64,000 bases of DNA from Eledone cirrhosa (lineage: Eukaryota), in the NCBI GenBank assembly GCA_964016885.1, contig OZ024740.1:367536001-367600000 (forward strand). The letters are read 5' to 3'. How positions within the stretch are numbered: the stretch's first letter is position 1; each line of letters begins with the position of its first letter. Positions 27,871-41,374 of the stretch are shown one piece after another. The notes beneath the pieces are model-generated. The model ran no database searches, was not told the DNA's origin, and saw only the letters and a program-made list of their open reading frames with translations. A program made the translations under genes and the position numbers.

Positions 27871-28982
27871 ATAAATGGAAAAAAATGATACGAAATTTCA
27901 TTTCTCACTCTTAGTACGGCTGTTACTTAAATATAAGTATGTATAAGTACATACATATATGTGTAAAGACGTACAGTAGTATGTATATTTATATACATAC
28001 ATGCACACATATATATATGTACGTATGGATTCACAGAAAATTTATTATAATGCTCGGTTTGTTTGTAAACAAACATCCTGAATTAAGACGTACAGTGTCT
28101 AGCATCCATCGTTGCTCTTTTGTTCAACACTGACAAAGGAACGATGTACTAGTTTCAAGCTTATTAGCTATCGTCAGCATCGTATACATTCCTGCCAGAT
28201 GATTGAACGTCTGAAAGTATATAATTTCCTTATACATATTAACGGCTGAGCAGCCTAATTTGCATATCGAGTGAGTTAATCGACCGGGCCTACCGAAAAC
28301 GATAAATGGAATAAATGAAACGAAATTTCATTTCTCACTCTTAGTATGGCTGTTACTTAAATATAAGTATGTATACGTACATACATATATGTATGCAGAT
28401 GTACAGTAGTATGTATATACATACATGCACACATACATATATGTACGTATGGACTCACCGAACATTTATTATAATGCTCGGTTTGTTTGTAAACAAACAT
28501 CCTGAAATAAGCCATACAGTTTTTAGCAATGTATGTACGTATACATACTTATATTTAAGTAACAGCCGTACTAAGAGTGAGAAATGAAATTTCGTTTCAT
28601 TTTTTCTATTTATCGTTTTCGGTGCGCCCGGCCGATTATCTCACTCGATATGCAAATTAGGCTGCTCAGCCGTTAATATGCATAAGGAAAGTATATACTT
28701 TCATACGTTCAATCATCTGGCAGGAAGGTATACGGTGCTGACGATAGCTAATAAGATTGAAACTAGTACATCGTTCCTTTGTCAGTGTTGAACAAAAGGG
28801 CAACGATGGTTGCTAAACACTGTACGGCTTAATTCGGGATGTTTGTTTACAAACAAACCAAGCATTATAATAAATGTTCGCTGAATCCATACGTACATAT
28901 ATATATGTCTGCATGTATGTATATATATACATACTACTGTGCGTCTGTATACATATATGTATGTACGTATACATACTTATAT
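27871..28982. mobile_element. Second copy of retrozyme-like family C
   Basis: Unit restarts at 27875 and 28306; inversion near 28530; HHRs at 28141-28183 (-) and 28733-28773 (+). Confidence 0.8.
28141..28183 (-). ncRNA. Minimal type I hammerhead ribozyme (family C)
   Basis: Reverse complement ACGATG-CTGACGA-T-AGCT aata AGCT-T-GAAA-CTAG-TA-CATCGT, perfect 6-bp stem I. Confidence 0.82.
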
Positions 28983-29009
28983 ATATATAGATATATATAT
29001 TTATTTATT

Positions 29010-29197
29010 TATTAAAATAACAGATTCTAGTTTAGCAATGAATCGCTGCTTCCACCCTTAAGTGGTGAAAGTAGTTTCAGAAGATCCCGTAAAGGGTGAA
29101 AACAGCGATTCTTTGCTTAAACTATAATCTTATATTTTAATAAATATTTGCACTACAGTTTTATATATATTTATGTATATATTATCCTTATGTAGCC
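29010..29197. mobile_element. Fold-back fragment of PLE family B with an HHR-like motif at 29073-29123
   Basis: Matches 3730-3965 and 43830-43905. Confidence 0.7.
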
Positions 29198-30432
29198 CTG
29201 AGCCTCGCCTGACTGCACTGGAGCGTTTGCTCTTTCGTTTTTTCCGGAAGGGACGCGCTCCGATGGTCTGGCGGTCCATCTGCTGTCAACACCCGCTACG
29301 TGGAAGGCTGGACATGCCATGGCTGATGATGCGCAGACACGCGCTCAGGATACGACATCTCCAACTCTTCCTCGGCTGTGATCAGTTGTGGTCTCCGTTT
29401 GCTACACGCGTCTTTCCGCAGATCGTCTCCTTGACGGAGCTGCAGTCCTGGGTCAAGCGAAGACCGAAAGGGAGCGCTTGGAGACTGGAATGTCTTCAGG
29501 CACTCACAGCCCTCGACCTGTCGGGCAATGTGATCGGTGGAAACTCCACATTGGCGTTCTATAGAGGATTAGTGGACAGGAAGAGCGACGATGTATTTGG
29601 GGAAACTCTAGGCGTCGATGAAAATCAACTAGCCAATCTCTTCGAAGTATTTTCGGGCCGGGGCCTATGGACAACTTCCAGAAATCCCTGGCCTAGCAGA
29701 GCTACCGAGGAGCTTTGTCAGTTCGGGATAAATTCTACAGACATGTAGATAAATTCCGGGCATGTCCGAGTTGGACGCAGGGCGATGAAACCGTCCTGCA
29801 CGCACTCGTCGAATGTCGAAGCATTGCTGACTTGTGGGTTTATGTCGAACACCTGCTGTCGTGTGTAGGACGGATCAGGCTATCAGCTGAGTCCATCGTG
29901 AGGAATGCCCCGCCCTCTTCCTTTAGCCGGGAAGGGCAGGCAGTTTTTATCTGTCAGGTGGCCATGGCGAAAGAGATAGTATGGTGGGCACGTTTGAAAG
30001 GGCTGAAGACGAGCACTTACCTCTTCGGTGATGCCCTGATTAACTTTTTCAAATTTCATTTGAAAAGGAAAATCAGGGTAGAGAGGGAAGTGCTCTCTTC
30101 GGAGCATTTTATTGAAAGATGGGTGAGAGAGGCAAGAATGGCCCGAGTATATGCCTGTAAATTAAAGGTGGAAAACTGAGAGAGAGCACTTGCTCTGGTG
30201 GTCAGGGTCACTGTGGCTTTTTAATGGGCTTTCTCCACGTGTCCCTCGGAAGTCTCCCCAGTATTGGGGAATTTTTCATTGTTATTTTCTTGTTACATCC
30301 TCTGTTTTTGTTTTTTACACGCAGAAATGGCCATTTGTACCGTCCTGTATTGTGCTGTACTGTCCTTAATGTCTACTTTATGTAAACCCTTGTGGTTAAT
30401 AAAGAAAGTATTATTATTATTGTTATTGTTAT
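29198..30432 (+). mobile_element. 5'-truncated L1/Tx1-like LINE (ORF2 C-terminus, 3' UTR, (TTA)n tail)
   Basis: Frameshifted ORFs 29173-29748 and 29715-30179 with a CCHC-like zinc finger (CPSW..DETVLHALVEC); AATAAA then TTA repeats; homologous to 17.8-19.2 kb. Confidence 0.8.
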
Positions 30433-30507
30433 TCCTTGAATCTCAGTCATTGATGTTGGTTAACTGGAAAGTCCGTTGGATTGAATATCAAGCCACTACC
30501 TGCAGCC

Positions 30508-30897
30508 TCAGATATTCAGGACGTATCGGAGGGTTCTTGCCGTTCCAAGCAAGCATGCCTTTTGAAGCGTTCCAAAAAGCGTGACGGGGCCGATTTTCTT
30601 TAACCATCCCTGGAAACCTTTGGAGATAGTCCCCAGTGCGCCTATGACAATCGGGATCACTTTGACTTCATGGCAGTTCCAAATCCTTTTCACCTCCCAC
30701 TTTAGGTCCTGGTATCGGTTAATTTTCTCCCTCTCCTTCTCTTGCACTCTCGTGTCGAACGGGCAGGCCACATCCACAATCAGGCACGATCTTTTTTCTT
30801 TGTCCACAACCACCAGGTCAGGTCTATTGTGTTCCAGTTTTTTGTCCGTCTGTATCCTAAAATCCCACAGCACCATCACCTGACTGTTCTCCATCAC
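30508..30897 (-). pseudogene. Restriction-like endonuclease of the R4/Dong-like LINE
   Basis: RPDLVVVD...IVDVACP...KEREKINRY...VIPIVIGALG. Confidence 0.88.
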
Positions 30898-30944
30898 CGC
30901 CTCTGGCCTATGCTCATACCATTTCTCAGAATGTGGTAGATTGT

Positions 30945-31835
30945 TTACTTTGCACAGGTGCCAGTGGATCCCCTGCCCATCACATCGTGTCTCCAGCCCT
31001 TATAGTGGGTCTGGGCTAGGTGTTTACACTCGGACACAATGTGAGCCACAGTCTTCTCTCTCTCTCCACAGATCCTGCACAGTGGGCTAGCCTCCTCCTT
31101 GTAGATATGGTGCTTCAACCACTTCGTTTTGAGGGCCTGCTCCTGCGCAGCCATTAGCATTCCTTCTGTAGCCTTTTTGAGGTCTCCTCTTCTCAACCAG
31201 TTCCATGTCTGTGGATCTCTAAATTCAGTTTTCTCAAAGAAGGTACTATGAAGGGATTTTCCCTTAAGGCTGCTCTTCCTCCTTGATGTTATTTCCTCCT
31301 TGGATATCCCCTGGCCTACTGTCCCCTCCTTCAGTACAGCTCTGAGCATTGGCTCCTTACTATAGGTCACGTATTTGTATAGGTTGTTTTTCTCCATCTG
31401 AACACAGTCCTCTATGCTGATAAGACATCTTCCACCCTCAGATCTCCTTAGGTAGAGTCTATCGACATCACTCCTCTTGTGGAACATGTTGTAGATAGTC
31501 AATAGCTTCCTAGTCTTCCTATCCATTTCTTTTTGTTCAGCAACATTCCATCTCAGAATTCCCGCACTGTACCTAATAATAGACACAGCTCGGGAATTTA
31601 CTGCGCTTATGGCATTTCTGCTGTTCAGATGTGACTTCAATACGCTCCTTACTCTCCGAATGTATTCAGTTCTTAACAATTCCTTCATGTTTTTGTTCTT
31701 TATGCCATCAGCCTCCAGAACGCCCAAATACTTGTATCCTTCCTCAGAGTCAATTTCCTTTATCATCTCACCTGTTAGTATCTGGATCCCGTTACTTCTG
31801 CTCAACCTACCCTCTTCATCACAATGACTCCACAT
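30945..31835 (-). pseudogene. Thumb and CCHC zinc knuckle of the R4/Dong-like LINE
   Basis: YKYLG, RLYL.R..GGR, AAQEQAL, CRICGEREKTVAHIVSEC, RHD. Confidence 0.88.
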
Positions 31836-32695
31836 TTACCAATACCAAACTGCATACATATATCACTGCTGAAAATACGGACAGTGTCAACAAGCACATC
31901 CAACTCCTTCTCACTTTTCCCGAAGAGCTTAAGATCGTCCATGAAGAGGAGGTGATTGATGGTAAGCTCTCCCCTTCCCAACTTGTATCCTGCTCTCACT
32001 TTTCGCAGCATAATGGTCAAGGGCATCAGGGCAAGGACAAACAACAGAGGGGACAGGCTATCTCCCTGGAAGATACCTCTCTTGATCTTCACGCTTCCCA
32101 AGGATACTCCAGTTGATGTCAACTCTGTCTCCCAGGACCCCATACTCCTGCCCAGCAACTGTCTGATGTTATCTGCCACCCTGAAGATCTCCAGGCTTTT
32201 GGTGATCCAGGAATGAGGCACCATGTCAAATGCCTTTCTGTAGTCTATCCATCCCATGGCAAGATCAGTGTGTCTCCTCCTGCAATTCCCCATTACCATA
32301 TTATCAATAAGCAACTGGTCCTTTGTACCACGTGACTTCTTTCGGCATCCTTTCTGTTCGTCCGGTAACAAGTTGTTTGTGTGGAGGTGATGGTAGATTT
32401 CCTCAGACACAATGCTCGTCAACAGTTTCCACATTACGGGCAGACATGTGATAGGTCTATAGTTGGTAACATCATTACCCTTGATTCGGTCTTTCATTAT
32501 CAGAACTGTGGTACCTTTTGTCAACCACTCTGGCACCTCACCCGACACCAAGCAGTCATTGGACATGGCCGTCAGCTTCGGGTGGAGAGATGTTAAATGT
32601 TTAATCCAATACCCCTGCACACCATCTGGGCCTGGTGATTTCCAGTTGGTTAGTTTTTTGGCTTGCCCCTTAAGAGTTTCAACTGTGATACTCAA
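31802..32695 (-). pseudogene. Reverse transcriptase domain of the R4/Dong-like LINE
   Basis: KSPGPDG, NYRPITCL, EQKG, WIDYRKAFDMVPH, RGIFQGDSLSPLLF, HLLFMDDLKL. Confidence 0.92.
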
Positions 32696-33897
32696 ATCAG
32701 TCTGTTGTTGTGCCTGCTCACCGATCTCCCTCTGTACTGTCTCAATCCACCCTGCCTGGGCATTGTGTCTAACATCCTGCTCCCATATTCCTCTCCAGAA
32801 TGTTTTAGCTTGTTCCGCCCAGGGATCAAGTCGTTGCCTCTTTCTTTCCCCTCAAGCTGTCCAAACAGCATCTTCTGGTTGTTGTCGAACATGCGGTTCT
32901 GTTTATACTGACTGACTCTGTTCTCGTATCGCCTGATTTTGGCACTCTTTGCTACAATGCGTTGCTTCAATTCCTCTATGATAATATTTAGCTTTTTACT
33001 CCTAGTTTTGTATTTTATTTCCAGTCTATTTTTAGTGCCTATGTTTTTTAGTGTCCCATTCAGTAGTGACTCAAGCTTTCCTATGTCATTTCTCATTTCC
33101 CCGATTTGCCCACTCAGTCGCTTCTTCCACCACGGCTCTGCTCTTTCTTGTCTGTTGTTTCCTCTCGCTTTTATACCAAGTAGTTTCCTCACCGTATTTG
33201 CTGTTGCTTTGAGGATATTGTTGCACTGGTGAAGACTCCTCGCCTCAAGGTATGGGATGACTTTGTTTACCTTAGCTGTTGTTTCTTTTAACTTTTTCCT
33301 GTCTACAAATCTTAGGTTCATAGGTCTCCCACTATCATTGTTCAACTCATCTACCACTAAATTTAGGATGTCAACCGAATCTTGTCCTAGCCCGTCAGCA
33401 TTCATCTCCTCAGTGGCCGTATCTCTGTTCCAGGTATTATTTATCTCAGTATTCAGATCATTGTCTGCTTCGGGTGGTTCCTCCGTTCTCAGGACCTCCT
33501 CACCTTCATTTCCCGCCGGCTCGCTTGTCTGGCATACTACATCCGCCATCTCCAAGCCATTCTCTCTGCTCAGTTCCTCCAGTTCCAGCTCGCTTATCCA
33601 CCCATTAGTTCTTATTACCCGAGCCTGCCCGGCCAATTTTTGTTCATCTAATTTAAATAAACCAATCTCGTTCCAGATGTTATGCATCCGTCTCCTGTAG
33701 CCCCTCTCCTTGGGGTTACTTTTCAGGTAGCATTGCATAACAGTTCTATTCAATTCTTTCGTCCAGTTGGTTCTGGCCCCTTTCCTTCTTCTTCTTCCTC
33801 CAACATCAGCAGTATTTCGTTGACAGTCAGGTTCCTGCTGCTGAGCCAGGGGGCACCTGTTGGGTGAGAGTCTGTCACATGACGTTCTAGTCTCCAT
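32692..33897 (-). pseudogene. N-terminal region of the R4/Dong-like ORF
   Basis: WTKELN..VMQCY...GYRRRMHNIW...QKLAGQARVI; PWWKKRL; IRRYENR...QNRMF; frameshift near 32820. Confidence 0.8.
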
Positions 33898-34968
33898 TTC
33901 ACCGTTATTCGAACTGTTTATGTTCGATATTTAAACACTCTTATCGAGGATTGGCGAATGTATGTTTACATAGCCATCTGTGGATCCGCCATCCCACTTG
34001 GCCCTTGTGTGGCATTATCACCACGCTGTATACGGACACACATAAACAAACAAACACACGGGCAGAAAGGGCCCCAAAAATGAATAAGCATAAGTTTCAT
34101 TGTAATGTAGTATTCGAATGTATGACTTAGTTTTTGTTTTTTAAGTTTTACCTTTTCCCCCCTCTTCTCTGTCCGTCCGCCTGCTTCTCTCTTCATTCTT
34201 ATTTTCTTTACGTTTTTGGGGTTTCTTTTTTTGTTTTTGTTTTTCTCTGTTTGTTTTTCTCGTTTTTTGCTGTTGTTGCTGTGCTGCTTTGGTTTTGTTG
34301 TTTGTTTTTTCTTTTTTCTTTTGAGTCTATCTATATATTTTGATGCCTTCCTCTTTGTTAGTAGTAGGAATTCTATAATGTGGAAGTGGCAGCCAGCAGA
34401 GACTGGCGGCGTTGGCGATACTGAGACAGTGGTGGTGGTGATGTCGATACCGAGGCAGTGGTGGCGGTGATGCGACCGTATTACTGTAGTGATGGTGCTG
34501 TAGCGGTGGCAGCAGCAGTGAAGGAGTCAAGGGGTGGTGGCGGCGGTGATGGGATAGTGGTGGTAATGATGGCCGTAGTGAGCGGTTGCGGTGAAGGTGA
34601 AAATGCTGTTGTGTTTAGTGTACACAGATGATGGGGTGGGTGGTCTATCTAGTTTCTGGTGTTGGTGAGTTTAGCTGTCCTATATAGTGTAGCCAGAGGA
34701 GAGGAGGGGGGGGGTTCTTCTTCTTCCATTTATAGCAATTTTTTTTTTTTTTTGGATATACAGTGTACAATACAAAGTTGAATATTTGAATATTTGAGCC
34801 TTATAACAATATATTTTGGGTCCGAATTATTTGGGGCTCAAGCTGGGTGCTTTACGTAGCATTTGTACTAAGAGTTGTTATTTCACAAATGATTTAAATA
34901 TGTTAAAAATTCAAAACTTACGGGAGCGATTTCATGACCTCCGTCACCTCGTGCGTCTTCTTCTTCTT

Positions 34969-35034
<66 letters not shown>

Positions 35035-35037
35035 TAT

Positions 35038-35102
<65 letters not shown>

Positions 35103-35107
<5 letters not shown>

Positions 35108-35868
35108 AGTCAATATAAATTAATATATTTGACAAACACAAATACCAACATATCTGTGTTTGTATTGTAAATGACTACATTAGCTAGATTGAAATATACT
35201 AATTATAATAATACAGTTTGCCTGTCTCGATTTAAAATAATAAATCAATAAAAACCAAGCATATTGGCAAATGGCCGTGGTGCATGCACAAATTTAAATT
35301 TAAAAATCAAACCTGTTCCGTAGACAGGTTTAAACCTTAAAATCCAAATATGTTTCGTAAAATGAAAAAGTGAAAGAATACCGCATTTTGATCTCCTCAG
35401 CAAGCACTAGAAAAATCGATATGTTTCACTCCAAAATATTTAAAAAGACTGTTTAACGCACATGGTTTTTCACACATGGTTATCCAGTGTCTAGCTGCCT
35501 CATACTCGTGCTGCTAGAAATAACAGCCGTTTATATGGGGCTAAAGTTAGCTCAACAATGGAGCAGTGATACTATTAATAATGAGTTCAAAACTCAGGCA
35601 GTTCTTTACAATGAAATAGCACAAAGGAAGAAGTATTTCTGAGTCGTGTAATACAAGTTAATATAAATGAATATATTTGATAAACACAAATACCAACATA
35701 TCTGTGTTTGTATTGTAAATGACTAAATTAGCTAGATTGAAATATACTAATTATAATGATACAGTTTGCCTGTCTCGATTTAAAATAATAAATCAATAAA
35801 AACAAAGCATATTGGCAAATGGCCGAGGTGCTTGGACAAATTTAAATTTCAGAATCAAACCTGTTCCG
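35103..35868. repeat. Direct repeat of about 215 bp (35103-35320 and 35652-35868)
   Basis: Two near-identical copies; the spacer of about 330 bp holds a SINE-like fragment. Confidence 0.75.
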
Positions 35869-35889
35869 TTTCTATATTTTCATTTATAT

Positions 35890-36007
<118 letters not shown>

Positions 36008-36227
36008 AATTAAGTTAAAAATGTACATCCACATATGTATACTGAAATACTAGTATGCATATGAATACACACACGTATACATATGTAGATGTACCGAGCT
36101 TTTCACTGGTCACTTTACTGTGAGTGTCCAGCTATTCTGTATGTAAACACACAGACAAACCGGTTTTTAGAGTCATACTGTTTTTGAGGAAACACCTTTC
36201 CTCTATTCTCCAGAAAGCCAGACAAGG

Positions 36228-36272
36228 AATATTGAACTAGTTTCGATGTTGTTACATCTCATCAGCAATATT
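36228..36272 (-). ncRNA. Minimal type I hammerhead ribozyme (family G)
   Basis: Exact reverse complement of 36672-36716. Confidence 0.85.
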
Positions 36273-36671
36273 TACCTATCTTCCGGCTTCTCTAGAGAAT
36301 CGTAAAAGCACATATCGGTATATGCTTTTTCTATGAAAATTAGTAGTGGGCAGAGTAATTTGCATAGAGCGTGAGTACGTACCGGTTCAACGGAGACGAT
36401 AAAAACAAATAACGAAACGAAATTAAATTTCGTTTCGTTTGTAACTCACTTTTGTATGACTGACGCTTAAACAATTAAGTTAAAAATGTACATCCACATA
36501 TGTATACTGAAATACTAGTATGCATATGAATACACACACGTATACATATGTAGATGTACCGGTACGTACTCACGCTCTATGCAAATTAGTCTGCCCACTA
36601 CTAATTTTCATAGAAAAAGCATATAACGATATGTGCTTTTATGATTCTCTAGAGAGGCCGGAAGATAGGTA

Positions 36672-36716
36672 AATATTGCTGATGAGATGTAACAACATCG
36701 AAACTAGTTCAATATT
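36672..36716 (+). ncRNA. Minimal type I hammerhead ribozyme (family G)
   Basis: AATATTG-CTGATGA-GATGT aaca ACATC-GAAA-CTAG-TT-CAATATT: 7-bp stem I, 5-bp stem II, palindromic loop III. Confidence 0.85.
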
Positions 36717-37067
36717 CCTTGTCTGGCTTTCTGGAGAATAGAGGAAAGGTGTTTCCTCAAAAACCAGTATGACTCTAAAAACCGGTTTGTCTGTGTGTTT
36801 ACATACAGAATAGCTGGACACTCACAGTAAAGTGACCAGTGAAAAACTCGGTACATCTACATATGTATACGTGTGTGTATTCATATGCATACTAGTATTT
36901 CAGTATACATATGTGGATGTACATTTTTAACTTAATTGTTTAAGCGTCAGTCATACAAAAGTGAGTTACAAACGAAACGAAATTTAATTTCGTTTCGTTA
37001 TTTGTTTATATATATATATATATATATATATAGTTAAAAGAATAGAGGTGTAACACACAAGTTATTA

Positions 37068-37584
37068 TATATTGGTAAACGGAATAGAAAATGCTGACAA
37101 ATTGTTCACAGTTGAAAAATGGTTTAATTAGGAATAAAAGAGTATTAGTGATTGTATGGGTTAGTATTCAGTTGTGGTTTTAGATTTTTAAGTTTTTACC
37201 GGTTGCGCATTTCTAAATGCTTTTCAAAAATAATTTTGAGATAGAGTGTCCGTGCTGTTTGCTCTGATCTGATTAGTTTTGGGAATTCTACCTGTTTTTA
37301 TGTTAAAAAAGTGGCTCCAGCGTTATTTTTGTGTTGCAAAAATTCTTGTGGTCAAAACAATTTTGATTGGTCGGTAGAGGTCATGTGAATGTAAAAAGTT
37401 GATTTTGCGCCAAGACTGATTTTATGTTAAAAAAGTGGCTCCAGCAAAAATTCTTGGTCAAAACAATTTTGATTGGTCGGTAGAGGTCATGTGAATAAAA
37501 AATTGGTTTTGCGCCAAGATTGAGAAATGACTCTTTCACAACAAATATGTGTGTGTGTGTGTGTATGTGTGTGTGTGTGTGTGT

Positions 37585-37660
<76 letters not shown>

Positions 37661-37738
37661 GTGTAGTAGTAGTAGTAGTAAGGTGTTCGATGCTGCGACA
37701 ATGGCCAGCAGCGATGTGTGTCAAATGGCTATGAAGAT

Positions 37739-37773
<35 letters not shown>

Positions 37774-38054
37774 GCAGAGTGATTCGTGGTGGCAGGGATG
37801 GTCAGTAAGAATGTGTCTGAAAGCAATGGGGGGTATTTTAGCATGTCAAAAAATAAGTGTGTGTGTGTGTGTGTATAGCAGAGTAATTTGTGGTGGCAGG
37901 GATGGTCAGTAAGAATGTGTCTGAAAGCAATGGGGGGTATTTTAGCATGTCAAAAGATATTTTTCAGCTTTTGTCTTATACGGAGAAGTGCGCGTGTGTG
38001 TGTGTGTATATAAGTCTCTTTGTATGTTGATGTACGCGTGTGTTTGTGTTTATG

Positions 38055-38099
<45 letters not shown>

Positions 38100-38823
38100 A
38101 CCAGTATTTTTTCCCCCTGGTAAAATGGTGTACATTATTCGATTTTTTCAGTAAAATCGGTTCTCTTAATAGAACATCAAAAATCTTAACAATAAAAGGT
38201 GTGAAATGATATTCACTATATATACATACACATACATATATTCACTACATATATATATATACATATATACATACATATATATGCACATATATTTCTTTGT
38301 ATTGCACCATAGAGCATGTGTGTTTACGTGTGTCATTGTGTTTATATGTGGGTAGAGATGTGTGCTGATGTAGGTATGTATGTTGACGTGTGTATGTTGT
38401 GGGTTCGTCTTAGGGAGAAGTGTTTAGATAAGATTCCTTGCTGATGCGCTGGGTGTGGGTGGCATTATCTTTAAATTTGTAGAGGGGAAAGATTCTGAAA
38501 TTGGGATGATTTTGGGCGGCACAGGTATCAATGTGTTTTGACCACAAGAATTTTTGCAACACAAAAATAACGCTGGAGCCACTTTTTTAACATAAAAACA
38601 GGTAGAAGTCCCAAAACTAATCAGATCAGAGCAAACAGCACGGACACTCTATCTCAAAATTATTTTTGAAAAGCATTTAGAAATGCGCAACCGGTAAAAA
38701 CTTAAAAACTTAAAACCACAACTGAATACTAACCCATACAATCACTAATACTCTTTTATTCCTAATTAAACCATTTTTCAACTGTGAACAATTTGTCAGC
38801 ATTTTCTATTCCGTTTACCAATA
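37068..38823. mobile_element. TA-flanked element with inverted arms of about 285 bp (37068-37355 and 38536-38823), probably PLE-derived
   Basis: Arms nearly identical in reverse complement; internal short tandem duplications and (GT)n. Confidence 0.7.
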
Positions 38824-39809
38824 TATATATATAGATTGATATAAATGAAAATATAGAAATTATTGTGAGCAAGAAGCCAACAGTATTTCCTAATATATAA
38901 GTGACTATAACGTCAAAATGGAAAATAATTAACGTAAGATATGGGAAAATAATTCAAACTCAATTAAAAATCAATCAAGCCCGAGATTCTATCCACAGAT
39001 TTTGTAAAATCCAGGGAAAACCCAATAGAGCCTTAACTCAGAATAAATAAAGCTCAAATACTCATCCTTCAATTTGTAAAAACTACGAATGCACTATATA
39101 GTATTAAAAAGAATATTTCTCGAAACCTTTCAGTGTGGATGGTCAGGTTTGTAACCGTTCATCAGTAGAGCTCAAACACGATAACCCTATACCACTGCCA
39201 AAATATGCCAAAAAGGGAATTTAAAAGCAGGCTAGTTCACCTCGTGCGGAATTATAAAAATAAACACACATGGAGAGACATGGCTGGTGACATCAGGATG
39301 AGACGAATGTCTATTTACAAGAAACAGCAGTCAAAATCATTCCGAAAAAAACTCAACAAAATGTAAGGAGTTCAGCAAAATAACAATATTATTGCGGTTT
39401 GTTTTAAAAAAAAAAAAAAAAAGCCCGGGATTAGTCACAAATAATTTTAAGCACTCTAGGAAAAATTCCGAGTATAAATATAAATGAAAATATACATAGA
39501 TAAAGCGAGATGAGATGAATAGCGTAATAGAAAGTTAGAAATACATACGGAATCAAATGGGGGCAGTAAACTTTAGTTGTACATATATATTAGCCAACAT
39601 AATTACAGCGTAGCGTACGCACTGATTACATTCCTGCATAACTTTCTTAATAATGTATATGTTGCAATGTTGTATTTTCGAAACTGCAGATAGCGATTAT
39701 ACTGATGAAAATGAAAACAAATATTGTTATTTTCGCACAGGAAAATCTACTGGACGCTGTGAACTTAATAGGAAAGATTAATATAATCACACAAGGCATG
39801 TTGCACGCA

Positions 39810-39874
<65 letters not shown>

Positions 39875-39952
39875 GTAAGTTTATCCCGGGTTCAATCAGG
39901 GGTAACCACAGTAAATAAGGTACTCAATGCAAAGCGGAGTATAAATATTCAG

Positions 39953-40003
39953 GGCTTCCTGATGATTTCTCCCGAATGAAACAGTTCCAGTCCTGTAGAA
40001 GCC
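39953..40003 (+). ncRNA. Type I hammerhead ribozyme (family A) in a TA-flanked mini-element at 39873-40015
   Basis: GGCTTC-CTGATGA-T-TTC tccc GAA-T-GAAA-CAG ttccagtc CTG-TA-GAAGCC; perfect 6-bp stem I. Confidence 0.82.
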
Positions 40004-40029
40004 TTTTCTATATTATATATATATACTGA

Positions 40030-41090
40030 TGCAATTGATCCGGCTGCATCCCGAAGTGTGAGATTAGCCGAGCTGATAGGCGTTATATAACCATTTTGTT
40101 CGGGTCTACCACTGGATCTCCAGCCGGTTCGTTTCTCCCATAACACCTCTCTGCCCAGCGATTTATTTTGAGGCATTCTAACCACATGCCCGTAATACTG
40201 AAACCATGATCCATCATTTCCTAGAAGCAGTGGCTCTACTTGAAGCGATGCTCTGACTTCCGAGCTACCCACTTTACCTATTAGTAACATTACTACAAAT
40301 ACCCTTCATAGGACTCTTATTTCTGTCGTTTTATTTCTGCCATTACCCAAGATTCATTACCCATGATTCATAACAATAAGTAAGTATTGCCAGGATTACT
40401 GAATTGAAGATTCCCTGCTGAAAACCGAATGCTGAATCTGGCGCATTACTAGACGAAATCCTGCAATTCTTGCACTCAATTCAGTATCCTGCCTCCTGTT
40501 ACATATGAAAATTGTTCCTTGATAGTTTAACTTCTCCCCCTGCTACAGTAGATGTCAGCTCACATCCAGAGTGGGTACGACAAGTGTTGTAATCTTCGAA
40601 GCATTGAATTTCATTCTAACCGTCCAGCACTGGGTATCTAATCGAAATGCATGTCGGAGATCACCTGTCGAATTAAGTAATACCATGCCGTTTCCAAATT
40701 CCCACCACTTTGATACTACTTCCAGCTTAAGTCCGCATCTCAATATTGTCTATGAAGATTATGAATTATAGAAATGATAGTATGTACCCTTGGTGCAGTC
40801 CGATAAACACATTGAATGATTTGGATTTAACACCATTTATACGAAAACAAATACTCCTGTATTTGTATAGATACATCAGGGAACAAGAAGTAGTCTGTTG
40901 ATACTATAGTCTTGAAGAAACCTCCATAAGACGACCTCATATGAAACGCAGTCATATGGCTTTTTGTGATCTACGAAACATGCATTCACAATTTCTGAAA
41001 AACCTGCCGCTCTGTAAATATTTTGTCGGCTGCGATATTCGCGGGGCGAAAATAACACTGCTAGTCAGATAGCTGATACTTGACAATATA
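40030..41090 (-). mobile_element. Degenerate RTE-like LINE RT region
   Basis: ACFVDHKKPYDCV, MKFNASKITTLV and ASLQVEPLLL...WFQYYGHVVRM...GRP. Confidence 0.7.
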
Positions 41091-41374
41091 TCTATATTTC
41101 TGGACCAGTTACTTAGATTAAAATTTATCGGAGAAGCTTAATAGATAATGTTTTCTGGCTGACCATCCGTTGAATTCGTAATAAGAATTCCTTCTCTACA
41201 CCTGCTATCAGAATCGCGTCTGGGCTTCTCTACTGGTCTGAAAGGAGCATCCTGTGGTGGTGGAGAGAATGCATTGCTGATATCCTCAATGGGATCACAA
41301 CAACATCTCGTGTAAACAGAAGTAAAAAATTGAAATTTTCAAAAAGGGAGACAAGAATAATATCTCCAATTATA

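Larger units (their letters stand above)
30433..34040 (-). mobile_element. Near full-length R4/Dong-like non-LTR retrotransposon (RT + CCHC + restriction-like endonuclease); 5' limit uncertain, possibly up to about 34956
   Basis: One long ORF broken by frameshifts; 3' end abuts (TAA)n. Confidence 0.85.

Noticed and set aside
33960-34035. Possible HDV-like or twister ribozyme upstream of the Dong-like ORF
   Set aside because: GC-rich and plausibly positioned, but I could not build either pseudoknot by eye.
34370-34620. GC-rich GGT/GGC stretch as an exon
   Set aside because: Degenerate trinucleotide low-complexity sequence with no coherent ORF.
37088-37130. CTGACAA-stem-GAAA motif in the 37-38.8 kb arms
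   Set aside because: G8 is absent and stem I does not pair. If it were real it would point inward, against the polarity rule, so it is worth re-checking against a family consensus.
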